Below, piece after piece: positions 1 to 9,370 of a stretch of DNA of 64,000 nucleotides. The notes under the pieces were generated by a model. It had not been told where the DNA came from. It saw nothing but the letters and a program-made list of their open reading frames with translations, and made no database searches. The DNA lies in NCBI GenBank assembly GCA_016234805.1, contig JACRNU010000019.1, forward strand, positions 562-64,561, given 5' to 3'. The first letter of the stretch is position 1. Each line of letters starts with the position of its first letter. The position numbers and the translations under genes are program-made. The stretch is from Elusimicrobiota bacterium (lineage in GTDB: Bacteria; Elusimicrobiota; Elusimicrobia; UBA1565; UBA9628).

Positions 1-112
1 CGAGGCCGAATGCCTCGGCCACGGCCACAACGTCGAGTTCGCCAAGCGCCTCTGCGAGGCCGCCAAGGAGACGAGGAAGCCCAAGGCGAGAACGGCGAAG
101 GTGGAGGTCTGA
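1..112 (+). CDS. 3' end of an upstream gene (partial, product not assignable)
   Basis: Open frame runs from the window edge to TGA at 110-112, directly abutting fabZ. Only 36 codons are visible. Confidence 0.25.
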   Translation, partial: EAECLGHGHNVEFAKRLCEAAKETRKPKARTAKVEV

Positions 113-655
113 ATGACAACGGATGAAACGGCGCCTAGCCCCCACAATGCTCGCCTCCCCGTGGGGGAGGCTCACGACTCGGGGGCTCACGACACCCCTG
201 TCCGCGTGCTCGATATCACCGCCATCCGCAAGGCCATCCCCCACCGCTACCCGTTCCTCCTCGTGGACCGGGTCGAGATCCTGGAAGAGGACAAGAAGGC
301 CGTGGGCACCAAGTGCGTCACGGTCAACGAGCCGTTCTTCATCGGCCACTTCCCCGAGCACCCCATCATGCCGGGCGTGCTCATCATCGAGGCCCTGGCT
401 CAGACCGCGGCCGCCATGCTCCTCTCCAAAGACTCCCCCCAATTCAAGGATAAACTCGCCTACTTCATGACCATCGACGAGGCGAAGTTCCGCGCGCCGG
501 TCCTCCCCGGCATGGTCCTGAAGCTCCACGTCGAGATCCTCAGGCTCGGCCGGGTGGGCAAATTCCGCGGAGAGGCGTTCGTAGAGGGCAAGCTCGTGGC
601 GGAAGGGGAGATGACCTTCGCTATGGCCGACAAGCCGGGAAAGGATCCGCGATGA
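113..655 (+). CDS. fabZ: 3-hydroxyacyl-ACP dehydratase FabZ
   Basis: Hotdog-fold motifs [11 protein letters not shown] and [23 protein letters not shown]. The true start may be the internal GTG at 206, because the first ~30 aa are Ala/Pro-rich. Confidence 0.85.
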   Translation: MTTDETAPSPHNARLPVGEAHDSGAHDTPVRVLDITAIRKAIPHRYPFLLVDRVEILEEDKKAVGTKCVTVNEPFFIGHFPEHPIMPGVLIIEALAQTAAAMLLSKDSPQFKDKLAYFMTIDEAKFRAPVLPGMVLKLHVEILRLGRVGKFRGEAFVEGKLVAEGEMTFAMADKPGKDPR

Positions 656-1461
656 GCCCCAGCATCCATCCCACGGCCCTGATCGACCCCTCGGCGGTCA
701 TCCACCCCACCGCGGTCATCGGCCCCTACGCCGTCATCGGCCCCAAGACCGAGATCGGCCCGGACTGCCGGGTCGGCAGCCATGCCGTGGTCGAGTACGC
801 CCGCCTCGGGCGGGGCAACAAGATCCACCCAGGCGCCTTCGTAGGCACGCCCCCGCAGGACCTCAAGTACGCCGGGGAGGAGACCATCCTCATCCTGGGC
901 GACAATAACGCCGTGCGCGAGGGCGCGACCTTGAACCGCGGCACCAAGGCGAGCGGCGAGACCCGCATCGGCAGCGGCTGCCTGTTCATGACCGGCACCC
1001 ACGTCGCGCACGACTGCAGGCTCGGCGACGGCATCATCATGGCCAACCTCGCGACCCTCGCCGGCCACGTCGAGGTGGGGGACTTCGCCATCTTCGGCGG
1101 CTTCGTGGGCGTCCACCAGTTCACGCGCATCGGCCGGTACTGCATGCTGGGCGCGGGCTCCAAGGTCCCAAAGGACATGCCCCCGTTCTGCACCTGCCAG
1201 GGCGACCGCGCGACCTTGCGGGGATTGAACCTCCTGGGCATGCGGCGGGCCGGCCTGCACCGCGAAACCGTCTTCGCCATCAAGGAGGCCTACCGCCTCC
1301 TGTTCCTCTCCGGACTCCGGGTGGAGGAGGCGTGCGCCAAGCTCCGCGAAGGATCGCCCCCTCCCGAGGTCCTCGAGCTGGTCGTCGCGGTCGAGACCTC
1401 CAAGCGCGGCGTCACCAGGCCCGCGACAGACGCCCCGGTGGAGGAAGAGGTGACGCTCTGA
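652..1461 (+). CDS. lpxA: UDP-N-acetylglucosamine O-acyltransferase LpxA
   Basis: Left-handed beta-helix hexapeptide repeats (IHPTAVIGPYAVIGPKTEIGPDCRVGSHAVV). Four-nt overlap with fabZ and lipid-A gene context. Confidence 0.9.
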   Translation: MSPSIHPTALIDPSAVIHPTAVIGPYAVIGPKTEIGPDCRVGSHAVVEYARLGRGNKIHPGAFVGTPPQDLKYAGEETILILGDNNAVREGATLNRGTKASGETRIGSGCLFMTGTHVAHDCRLGDGIIMANLATLAGHVEVGDFAIFGGFVGVHQFTRIGRYCMLGAGSKVPKDMPPFCTCQGDRATLRGLNLLGMRRAGLHRETVFAIKEAYRLLFLSGLRVEEACAKLREGSPPPEVLELVVAVETSKRGVTRPATDAPVEEEVTL

Positions 1462-2300
1462 ACCCGGACCGGAAGCTCGGCCTCATCGCGGGATCGGGGG
1501 ACTTCCCCCTCCTGTTCGCCAGGGAGGCCCGGCGGCAGAACGTCTCGGTCACGGCCCTGGCCCTCGAAGGCGTCACGGACCGCTCCATCGAGGCCCTCGT
1601 GGACCGCGTCCGGTTCTACAAGCTCGGCCAGATCGACGCCCCCATCAAGGCCTTCAAGGAGGACGGCATCACCCAGGCCGTCATGGCCGGCAAGGTCCAG
1701 CACTCCTCCCTGTTCAGCGGCTTCCTGCCGGACTGGCGCGCGGTCAAGCTCCTCGCGCGCCTCGGGGACCGCCGCACGGACACCATCCTCAAGGCCGTGG
1801 CCGATGAATTCGCCAAGGACGGCATCGAGCTCCTCTCGTCTGCGACCTTCCTCTCCCATCTCATCCCCGGGCCCGGCGTCCTCACCAAGCGGCCTCCCGA
1901 CGGGGCCCAGAAGGCGGACTTCGTCCTGGGCTGGCGGGCCGCCAAGGCCGTGGCGGGCTTTGACATCGGCCAGACCGTGGCCGTGCTCGACGGCGCCATC
2001 ATCGCGGTCGAGGCCATGGAGGGGACCGACGCGTGCGTCCGCCGCGCCAGGCGCCTCCTCGAGGCCCAGGGCACGAAGCAGCCGCTGGTCGTGGTCAAGG
2101 TGGCCAAGCCCAGGCAGGACCTGCGCTTCGACCTGCCGGTCCTGGGCATGGAGTCGCTCAAGGTCTTTGCCGAGGCCAACGTGGGCGCGGCGGCCATCGA
2201 GGCGGGCTCGACCCTGATCTTCGACAAGGACGCGTTCATCCGACAAGCGGACAAGGTTGGGCTGACGCTCGCGGCCCTGCGCAACGACGGCACCTTCTGA
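1458..2300 (+). CDS. lpxI: LpxI-like UDP-2,3-diacylglucosamine hydrolase (DUF1009)
   Basis: N-terminal KLGLIAGSGDFPLLFAREARRQNVSV is typical of DUF1009/LpxI, and the gene sits between lpxA and lpxB. The start is uncertain, because the tracked ORF begins upstream at 1332 in a frame overlapping the lpxA tail. Confidence 0.65.
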   Translation: MNPDRKLGLIAGSGDFPLLFAREARRQNVSVTALALEGVTDRSIEALVDRVRFYKLGQIDAPIKAFKEDGITQAVMAGKVQHSSLFSGFLPDWRAVKLLARLGDRRTDTILKAVADEFAKDGIELLSSATFLSHLIPGPGVLTKRPPDGAQKADFVLGWRAAKAVAGFDIGQTVAVLDGAIIAVEAMEGTDACVRRARRLLEAQGTKQPLVVVKVAKPRQDLRFDLPVLGMESLKVFAEANVGAAAIEAGSTLIFDKDAFIRQADKVGLTLAALRNDGTF

Positions 2301-2306
2301 GGGACC

Positions 2307-3356
2307 ATGCACGACCACGGCCACAACCATAAGATCAAGTTCGCGGTGATCGGCGCCGGCAAGATCGGCGGCCACCACGCCCGCATCCTCAAGAGCCTGC
2401 CGGACGCGGAGCTCGTCGGCGTCTGCGACACCAACCTCTGGCGGGCCCAGCTCGCGGCCTGGAAGGCCGACTCCGTGGCCGTGCGGGACTACCGCGACCT
2501 CCTCGGCAAGGTCGACGCCGTGGTCATCGCCGTGCCCACGCCCATGCACCGCGAGGTAGGGGCCGCCTTCCTCGGCGCGGGCACCCACTGCCTCATCGAG
2601 AAGCCCCTGGCCTCCTCGATCGAGGAGGCCAAGGAGCTCCTCTCCCTCTCCGAGTCCAAGCGCGTCGTCCTGCAGGTCGGGCACGTGGAGCGCTTCAATC
2701 CCGCGGTGCTCGAGGCCATCCCCTACATCCGCTCCCCGCGCTTCATCACCGTGGAGCGCCTGGGACCCTACGACCCGCGCATGAGCCATATCGGCGTGGT
2801 CCTCGACCTCATGATCCACGACCTCGACATCCTCCTGACCCTGGTGGGCTCCGAGGTGGCGAGCATCGAGGCCATGGGAGCGCACCTCATCTCCCCGCAC
2901 GAGGACATCGCCAACGTGCGCGTGCGCTTCCGCAGCGGCTGCATCGCGGACCTCACGGCCAGCCGCGTCACCTTCGAGAAATGCCGCAAACTACGCGTCT
3001 TCCAGAAGGACTCCTACATCTCGCTGGACTACGCCAACACCGCGCTCAAGATCTACCGGCGCAAGGTCCCGGTCATCAAGAGCCTCAAGGACGTGGAGGT
3101 CATCAGGCCCAAGCTCACCCAGTCCGAGCCCTTGAAGAACGAGCTCGTCCACTTCGTGGACTGCATCCGGCACAACCGCAAGCCATGGCCGAGCGGGGAG
3201 CACGGCATGGAGGCCTTGAAGCTCGCTCTCCAGATCTCGGACGAGCTCGAGCGCTTCGAGGTCAGCGGCCACGACGCCGCCCGGCCGCTGATCCCCAGCT
3301 GGATGAGCGACATGAAAGCCGTGGCCAAGGACATGGGCAAGGACCTGCTTCCGTAA
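2307..3356 (+). CDS. Gfo/Idh/MocA family NAD-dependent oxidoreductase
   Basis: Rossmann motif KFAVIGAGKIGGHHARIL followed by a C-terminal alpha/beta domain. It is embedded between lpxI and lpxB. Confidence 0.8.
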   Translation: MHDHGHNHKIKFAVIGAGKIGGHHARILKSLPDAELVGVCDTNLWRAQLAAWKADSVAVRDYRDLLGKVDAVVIAVPTPMHREVGAAFLGAGTHCLIEKPLASSIEEAKELLSLSESKRVVLQVGHVERFNPAVLEAIPYIRSPRFITVERLGPYDPRMSHIGVVLDLMIHDLDILLTLVGSEVASIEAMGAHLISPHEDIANVRVRFRSGCIADLTASRVTFEKCRKLRVFQKDSYISLDYANTALKIYRRKVPVIKSLKDVEVIRPKLTQSEPLKNELVHFVDCIRHNRKPWPSGEHGMEALKLALQISDELERFEVSGHDAARPLIPSWMSDMKAVAKDMGKDLLP

Positions 3357-4498
3357 TGGCGCCCTGGCGGGCCAGACTTGACGGCTGGTTCCTCGTCGTC
3401 GCCGGCGACCCCTCCGGAGACGCGCACGGCAGCCGCCTCATCCACGCGCTCAAGGCCGACGAGCCCGCCCTGCGGATCGCCGCGGTGGGCGGTCCCGCCA
3501 TGCGCCGAGAGGCCGACGAGTTCCTAGAGGACCTCTCTTCCCGCGGCATGACCGGCTTCTGGGAGCCCCTGCGCGCCCTGGGCTTCTTCGGCAAGCTCGC
3601 CCTGCGCCTGCGGCGCCACATGATCGAGCGCAAGCCCGCGGCCGTCATCTGCATCGACTACTACGGGTTCAACAGCCAGGTCCTCAAGATCGCCCGCTCG
3701 CTCGGCATCCCGGCCTTCTACTACATCAGCCCCCAGGTCTGGGCCTCCAGGCCGGGCCGCATAGCTGCCTTGAAGAAGCTCGTGCGCAAGATGCTCGTCA
3801 TCTTCCCCTTCGAAGAACGGCTCTATCTCAAGGCCGGGGTGCCCTGCCTCTTCGTGGGCCACCCTCTCCTCGACGCCCTGCCCCTGCCGCCCGCGCGCAA
3901 CGGGCTCGGGACCCCCCTGCGCTTGGGCCTGCTCCCGGGCAGCCGCGCCTCGGAGGTCGAGCGCCACCTTCCCCTGTTCCTCGCGGCCGCGGACCTCCTC
4001 CGGCGGCACTTCCCCGCCATGGAGGTCCGGGTCTTCGCGGCCGAGTCCCTGCCGGACGAGCGCTACGCCGCGGCGGCCTCCGCGGGGGTCCCCGTGGTCC
4101 GGGAATCCGACTACGCGGAGCGGCGCAGGCTCGACTTCGCCATAAGCTCCTCGGGCACCGCGACCCTGGAGAACGCCCTGCTCGGGGTCCCCATGGTCGT
4201 GGTCTACAGGCTCTCGTGGCTCACCTACCTCATCGCCCGGGCCCTCATCAAGGTGCGCCACATCGCCATGGTCAACATCCTGGCCGACAGGGGCATGGTC
4301 CCGGAGCTCATCCAGCACGACGCCACCCCTGAGCGCGTCGCGGCCAAGGCCCTGTCCCTGCTCGAGAACCCCAAGCGCTACGAGGCCCTGCGCAGGGACC
4401 TGGCCGCCCTGCGGCCCATGCTGGGCACGCCCGGCACGGCCCGGCGCGCCGCCCGGGAGATCGTCAACGAGCTCGTGCGGCCGAGGCACGCCTCATGA
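3356..4498 (+). CDS. lpxB: lipid-A-disaccharide synthase LpxB
   Basis: GT19 hallmarks: VVAGDPSGDAHGSRLIHALK..., CIDYYGFNSQVLK, ISSSGTATLENALLGVPMVVVYR. ATG at 3356 lies one nt after the oxidoreductase stop. Confidence 0.85.
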   Translation: MAPWRARLDGWFLVVAGDPSGDAHGSRLIHALKADEPALRIAAVGGPAMRREADEFLEDLSSRGMTGFWEPLRALGFFGKLALRLRRHMIERKPAAVICIDYYGFNSQVLKIARSLGIPAFYYISPQVWASRPGRIAALKKLVRKMLVIFPFEERLYLKAGVPCLFVGHPLLDALPLPPARNGLGTPLRLGLLPGSRASEVERHLPLFLAAADLLRRHFPAMEVRVFAAESLPDERYAAAASAGVPVVRESDYAERRRLDFAISSSGTATLENALLGVPMVVVYRLSWLTYLIARALIKVRHIAMVNILADRGMVPELIQHDATPERVAAKALSLLENPKRYEALRRDLAALRPMLGTPGTARRAAREIVNELVRPRHAS

Positions 4499-5280
4499 TC
4501 CTGGCCCTGCTCGCGCCCGGCGTTTCTGGCGCGGGCGTGCCGCCTCCGCCTGGCACGGGCAGCGGCCTGCTCGCGCTCTTGGCCTTCGGCATGACCTTCG
4601 CGGGAGGCCTCCTTCCGGAGAGGGTCGTGACCCGCATCGGCATGCGCCGCCTCTTCGCGGTGCGGGCCGGCATCCTCCTGGCCGTGGCCTTCACGGAGCT
4701 CCTGCCCGAGGGGCTCGCGCTCGACCGCGCTTTGGCCGGCTGGACGGCCCTGGGGGCCTTCGGCCTGCTCTACGGCCTGGGCTCCATCGCCATGCTCGAC
4801 TCCTGCCCCGAGTACCTCCAGGAGTGCCGGGTCCACTATCTCGGCGCGGCCGCGGTGCTGGCCTTGTCCCTGCACTCCTTCCTCGACGGCTTCAACCTCT
4901 CCGTGTCCTTCGGCGCGGGCCAGGCCGCGGGCCTGGCGGTCGGAGGCGCGGTGATCCTCCACAAGGCCGCGGACGGCTTCACCCTCACGAGCCTCCTGCG
5001 CCAGTCCGGCCTCTCCGCCGGACGGACCTGGGCGATCCTGGCGTCCGTGGCCGCGGCCACGCCGCTCGGCTGCGGCCTGAGCAGCCTGGGCATGGCCGAC
5101 CTGCCCCGGCCCGTCACCGCGGCCCTCATGGGGTTGGCGGCCGGCAGCTTCATCCACATCGGCGCGACCGACGTCCTCCCCCTCGTGCACCGGCGCGAGG
5201 ACCGCGCCTCCATCGCCTGCTTCGCGCTCGCCATGGCCGGCGTCTGCCTGATGAAGTTCCTCTCCCACGGCCATGGATAA
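4495..5280 (+). CDS. ZIP (ZupT-like) family divalent metal transporter
   Basis: Polytopic membrane protein with HSFLDGFNLSVSFGAG and LHKAADGFTLTSLL, which resemble ZIP signature helices. Confidence 0.5.
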   Translation: MILALLAPGVSGAGVPPPPGTGSGLLALLAFGMTFAGGLLPERVVTRIGMRRLFAVRAGILLAVAFTELLPEGLALDRALAGWTALGAFGLLYGLGSIAMLDSCPEYLQECRVHYLGAAAVLALSLHSFLDGFNLSVSFGAGQAAGLAVGGAVILHKAADGFTLTSLLRQSGLSAGRTWAILASVAAATPLGCGLSSLGMADLPRPVTAALMGLAAGSFIHIGATDVLPLVHRREDRASIACFALAMAGVCLMKFLSHGHG

Positions 5281-6715
5281 GAGGACCCTCCTCCAGCAGT
5301 TCGCGGCCTACGCCCCCCATCTGGAGACCCAGCTGCTGGAGAAAGCCTACGACTACTCCATGAAAGCCCACACCGAGCAGGCGCGCGCCTCCGGGGAGGA
5401 CTACTTCTCCCACTGCCTCGCCGTGGCCGGCTACCTGCTGGAGTGGAAGATGGACCTGCCCACGGTCTGCGCGGGACTCCTCCACGACGTCATCGAGGAC
5501 ACCTCGATCACCGCCGAGAAGCTCCGCCTGACCTTCGGAGAGGAGATCATGCGCCTGGTGGTCGCGCTCACCAAGCTCGACAAGGTGCAGTTCTCCTCGC
5601 GCGACGTGGCCCAGGCCGAGAACTGGCGCCGGATGATCCTCGCCACGGCCCAGGACATCCGCGTCATCATCGTCAAGCTCGCCGACCGACTGCACAACAT
5701 GCAGACCATCGGGTTCCTGCCCGGCGAGAAACAAGAGCGCATCGCGCGCGAGACCGTCTCCCTCTACGCGCCCCTGGCCCATCGCCTGGGCATGTTCGAG
5801 CTCAAGGGCGAGCTCGAGGACCTCTCCTTCGCCGTCCTCCATCCCGAGGAGTACCTCGACATCGAAGAGAAGGTGCGGGCCCTCTTGCCCGCCCGCGAGG
5901 CCATGCTGGCCGAGTTCCGCAAGATGCTCGAGCACGCCCTCTCCAAGTCGGACACCCCCCACCGCATCCTGGCGCGGTCCAAGAACCTATACTCGATCTA
6001 CGGGAAGATGCAGCGCCAGAAGAAGCCCTTCGAGGAGATCCAGGACGCGCTCGGCGTGCGCCTCGTCACGGACTCCATCGCCAACTGCTACGCTTTGCTC
6101 GGCATGCTCCACGCGCACTTCCAGCCCGTGCCCGACACCTTCACGGACTACATCGCGCACCCCAAGCTCAACCTCTACAAGAGCCTCCACACCACGGTCA
6201 GCGGGCCCAAGGGCGAGTACATCGAGGTCCAGATCCGGACCGAGGACATGCACCGGACCGCGGAGTACGGCATCGCCGCGCACTGGCGCTACAAGACCGG
6301 CGAGGCCTCCAAGGACGCCCACCTCGAGGAGAAGCTCGACTGGCTGCGCCAGTGGATCGAGTGGCTGCAGGACCTCGACAGCCCCAGGGAGTTCCTCGAC
6401 AGCCTGAAGACCGACCTCGACCTCTACCAGGTCTTCGTCTTCACCCCCCTGGGCGACGTCAAGGCCCTGGTCCAGGGCGCGACGCCCATCGACTTCGCCT
6501 TCGCCGTGCACACGGACATCGGCCACACCTGCGTGGGAGCCCGGGTCAACAACAAGATGGCCAAGCTCGACACCGAGCTCAAGAGCGGCGACATCGTGGA
6601 GATCCTCACGCGCAAGAACTCAACGCCCAAGAAGGACTGGCTCAAGGTCGTCAAGTCCGCGCGCGCCCGGTCCAAGATCAGGCGCTATCTCCGGGAGAAG
6701 GGGATCGTCGCGTGA
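5273..6715 (+). CDS. rel: RelA/SpoT-family (p)ppGpp synthetase/hydrolase, short form (HD + synthetase + TGS, no ACT)
   Basis: HD motif HDVIEDT, synthetase-domain motifs (YKSLHTTV, GIAAHWRYK) and a TGS-like end (GDIVEILT). At 480 aa it is shorter than canonical Rel. Confidence 0.85.
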   Translation: MDKRTLLQQFAAYAPHLETQLLEKAYDYSMKAHTEQARASGEDYFSHCLAVAGYLLEWKMDLPTVCAGLLHDVIEDTSITAEKLRLTFGEEIMRLVVALTKLDKVQFSSRDVAQAENWRRMILATAQDIRVIIVKLADRLHNMQTIGFLPGEKQERIARETVSLYAPLAHRLGMFELKGELEDLSFAVLHPEEYLDIEEKVRALLPAREAMLAEFRKMLEHALSKSDTPHRILARSKNLYSIYGKMQRQKKPFEEIQDALGVRLVTDSIANCYALLGMLHAHFQPVPDTFTDYIAHPKLNLYKSLHTTVSGPKGEYIEVQIRTEDMHRTAEYGIAAHWRYKTGEASKDAHLEEKLDWLRQWIEWLQDLDSPREFLDSLKTDLDLYQVFVFTPLGDVKALVQGATPIDFAFAVHTDIGHTCVGARVNNKMAKLDTELKSGDIVEILTRKNSTPKKDWLKVVKSARARSKIRRYLREKGIVA

Positions 6716-6717
6716 GA

Positions 6718-8127
6718 ATGCTGTGCCTGTCCCTGGCCTCCCTGGCATTCCTGCTGGTTGGCTGCTCTAATACGATGACCGGCTACCCGGCGCACAAGGA
6801 CATCTACGCCAACCTTGCCGTCCCCTCGGCGCCCCCCGCGTTCCCGGACCTCAACCTGGCCCTCGTGCTCTCGGAGAACGCCAAGAACAGCATGAAGACT
6901 CTCCATCGCGACGCCTTTTCGGGATTCGACGCCGGCGCCATGGTCGAGAAGATGTACACACCCCTCCGCCGGAACTTCAAGACCGTCGCCGTGGTGGAAC
7001 GCCCTGAAGACGCCCGCAAAGCCAACGCGGACCTCGTCGTCATCCTCGACGATTACTGGCCCAAGTACGCCTTCGTCTGCCGAGAGGAGCGTACCCTCGT
7101 CTTTATGACACTGGACAACCAGAAGATCGCCGAGTTCAAGGCGGCCTTCGAGAAGACGTGGCTCGGCACGAACGTCCAGGCTTTCATGGACCTGTTCTCC
7201 GACACCCTCAACGAGCAAGTCGAGACCGCGCTGCGCAAATCCCAGGCCTTGGCCGACTTCGCCAAGACCCGGCCCGCCGAAGCCCGGCCCCTGGCGTCCG
7301 CTCCCGAAAGTCCCGCTGCCCCCGCGTCCAAGGTCTACCACTCCGATGTCGACCAGCCGGCCTACTCGTCCCCCGAGAAGGTGGACGACTTCGCCCTTGT
7401 CATCGGCATCGACAAATACTCGACCCTGCCCGCGGCGGACTTCGCCGAGCGCGACGCCTCCGCGGTCCGGGAACACCTTCTGGCCATGGGCTATCCGGAA
7501 AGGAACGTGGTCCTGCTCAGGGGCTCCCAGGCAGGCAAGGCCGGCATCGAGAAATACGTCGAGTCCTGGCTGCCGCGGAACCTCAAGCGGACCTCGCGCC
7601 TCTTCGTGTATTTCTCCGGGCACGGCGCGCCTGACCCGAGAACCGGCCAGGCCTATCTCGTCCCTTGGGACGGAGACCCGCAGTTCCTGGAGAACACCGG
7701 GTATCCCACCAGGCGCCTCTACGCCAAACTCGATTCCCTGGAGGCGAAAAAGGTGTTCGTCGTCCTCGACGCCTGCTTCTCGGGCGCGGGAGGCCGCTCG
7801 GTCCTGGTCAAGGGCGCCCGTCCGCTGGTCGCCCAGGTCGACACGGGCGCCGACGCTTCCGGCAAGCTCATCATCCTGGCTGCCTCGGCGGGCGACGAGA
7901 TCACGGGAACGGACCCGGACCAGGGCCACGGCCTGTTCACCTATTACCTCCTCAAGGGATTGGCCGGCGAAGCCAAGGACCCTCTCGGCCGCGTGACCGT
8001 CAAATCGCTCCACGACTACCTCACCCCGAAGGTCCAGAACGCCGCGCGCAGGCAGAACCGCGATCAGACGCCTGCCCTCATCGGGCCGGCGCCGGCTGAA
8101 GCCGTTCTCAGGGAGAGCTCCCGATGA
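6718..8127 (+). CDS. Caspase-domain (peptidase C14) lipoprotein
   Basis: Lipobox LLVGCS. Caspase His/Cys dyad context: FALVIGIDKY...FVYFSGHGAPD...VFVVLDACFSGAG. The larger 5443-8127 track ORF is an artefact of frame overlap with rel. Confidence 0.7.
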   Translation: MLCLSLASLAFLLVGCSNTMTGYPAHKDIYANLAVPSAPPAFPDLNLALVLSENAKNSMKTLHRDAFSGFDAGAMVEKMYTPLRRNFKTVAVVERPEDARKANADLVVILDDYWPKYAFVCREERTLVFMTLDNQKIAEFKAAFEKTWLGTNVQAFMDLFSDTLNEQVETALRKSQALADFAKTRPAEARPLASAPESPAAPASKVYHSDVDQPAYSSPEKVDDFALVIGIDKYSTLPAADFAERDASAVREHLLAMGYPERNVVLLRGSQAGKAGIEKYVESWLPRNLKRTSRLFVYFSGHGAPDPRTGQAYLVPWDGDPQFLENTGYPTRRLYAKLDSLEAKKVFVVLDACFSGAGGRSVLVKGARPLVAQVDTGADASGKLIILAASAGDEITGTDPDQGHGLFTYYLLKGLAGEAKDPLGRVTVKSLHDYLTPKVQNAARRQNRDQTPALIGPAPAEAVLRESSR

Positions 8128-9305
8128 TCGACCAATCCATCCTCTGCCCCCACTGCGGGAAGACCATTCCGCTGACAGAGGCCCTCACTCACCCCATCGA
8201 GGAGAAGCTGCGCGGCCAGTTCTCCCGCGACCTCGCGGCGCAGAAAGCCGCGATCGAAGCCGAGGCCAGAAAGAGCGCCCGTGAGGCTCTCGGCTCGGAC
8301 TTGGCGGACCTCAAGAGCCAGGTGGCGGAGAAGGGCCGGCTCCTCGAAGAGGCCCGGGCCCAGGAGTTCAGCCTGCGCAAGCGCGGACGCGAGCTCGAGG
8401 AAAAGGAGAAGTCCCTGGCTCTGGAGCTCGAGCGCAAGCTCGACGCGGAGCGCGCGGCCATCAAGGAAGAGGTCCTGGGCAAGGCAGCGGAGGAGCACCG
8501 CCTCAAGGAGCGGGAGAAGGACAAGCAGCTCGACGACATGCGCAAGCAGATCGAGGAGTTGAAAAGGAAGGCGGAGCAGGGCTCCCAGCAGGCCCAGGGC
8601 GAGGTCCAGGAGCTCGAGCTCGAGGACGTCTTGAAGCAGAATTTCCGCTCGGATGAGATCGCTCCCGTGGCCAAGGGCGTTCGAGGCGCGGACGTGCTCC
8701 AGACCGTGTTCTCATCCTCGGGCAAGCCGTGCGGGAGCATCCTCTGGGAGTCCAAGCGCACCAAGGCCTGGAGCGACGGCTGGATCCAGAAGCTCAAGGA
8801 CGACCAGCGCGAGGCCAAGGCCGACCTCGGCATCCTCGTGTCCGCGAACCTGCCCAAGGGAGTCAGCCATGTGGGCTGCGTCGAAGGCGTCTGGGTCGCG
8901 GATTTCTCCTCGGCCATGGGATTAGGGACCGCGTTGCGCGCAGGGATACTGCAGGCCGCCATCGCCCGCAACGCCCTGGTGGGCAAGGGCGAGAAGATGG
9001 AGCTCATCTACAACTATCTCTCCGGACCCGAGTTCCGCAACCGCGTGCAGGCCATCGTGGACGCCTTCGCGGGCATGAAGGTCGAGCTCGACGCCGAGAA
9101 GCGAACCATGGAGCGGGTCTGGGCCAAGCGCGACAAGCAGCTCGAGCGCGTCCTGCTCAACACCGCGGGCATGTACGGCGACCTCCAGGGCCTCATCGGC
9201 GCCCAGCTCGCGCCCATTCCCCAGCTCGAGCTCTCCGCTGAGCATGACGAGAAATCGGAATCGGCTGAGGGCAAACCTGCCCTGTCGGACACAACGCAAG
9301 AATGA
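8124..9305 (+). CDS. DUF2130 family protein (N-terminal CxxC + long coiled coil + conserved C-terminal domain)
   Basis: MIDQSILCPHCGKTIPL start, followed by a K/E/R-rich coiled coil and then a globular C-terminus. Four-nt overlap with the caspase gene. Confidence 0.6.
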   Translation: MIDQSILCPHCGKTIPLTEALTHPIEEKLRGQFSRDLAAQKAAIEAEARKSAREALGSDLADLKSQVAEKGRLLEEARAQEFSLRKRGRELEEKEKSLALELERKLDAERAAIKEEVLGKAAEEHRLKEREKDKQLDDMRKQIEELKRKAEQGSQQAQGEVQELELEDVLKQNFRSDEIAPVAKGVRGADVLQTVFSSSGKPCGSILWESKRTKAWSDGWIQKLKDDQREAKADLGILVSANLPKGVSHVGCVEGVWVADFSSAMGLGTALRAGILQAAIARNALVGKGEKMELIYNYLSGPEFRNRVQAIVDAFAGMKVELDAEKRTMERVWAKRDKQLERVLLNTAGMYGDLQGLIGAQLAPIPQLELSAEHDEKSESAEGKPALSDTTQE

Positions 9306-9321
9306 TTCCCCGGGGAAAGTT

Positions 9322-9355
9322 ATCCACAAACATACGGTACCGTATGTTTGTGGAT
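9322..9355. promoter_or_regulatory. 34-bp perfect palindrome ATCCACAAACATACGGTACCGTATGTTTGTGGAT
   Basis: Verified base by base: positions 9322-9338 are the reverse complement of 9339-9355. It is AT-rich in a GC-rich genome and lies between the DUF2130 stop and the deaminase start. Confidence 0.5.
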
Positions 9356-9370
9356 GACCATCTGAAATTC

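Noticed and set aside
1290-2900. 536-aa minus-strand ORF antisense to lpxI and the oxidoreductase
   Set aside because: Composition is dominated by Gly/Arg/Asp/Glu/Val with no motifs. The opposite strand carries well-supported genes, so this is the typical long spurious frame seen in GC-rich DNA.
5443-8127. 894-aa plus-strand ORF spanning the rel gene and the caspase lipoprotein
   Set aside because: The first ~420 codons are an Arg/Pro/Gly-rich alternative frame of the rel coding region, a high-GC artefact. Only the portion from ATG 6718 looks like a real protein.
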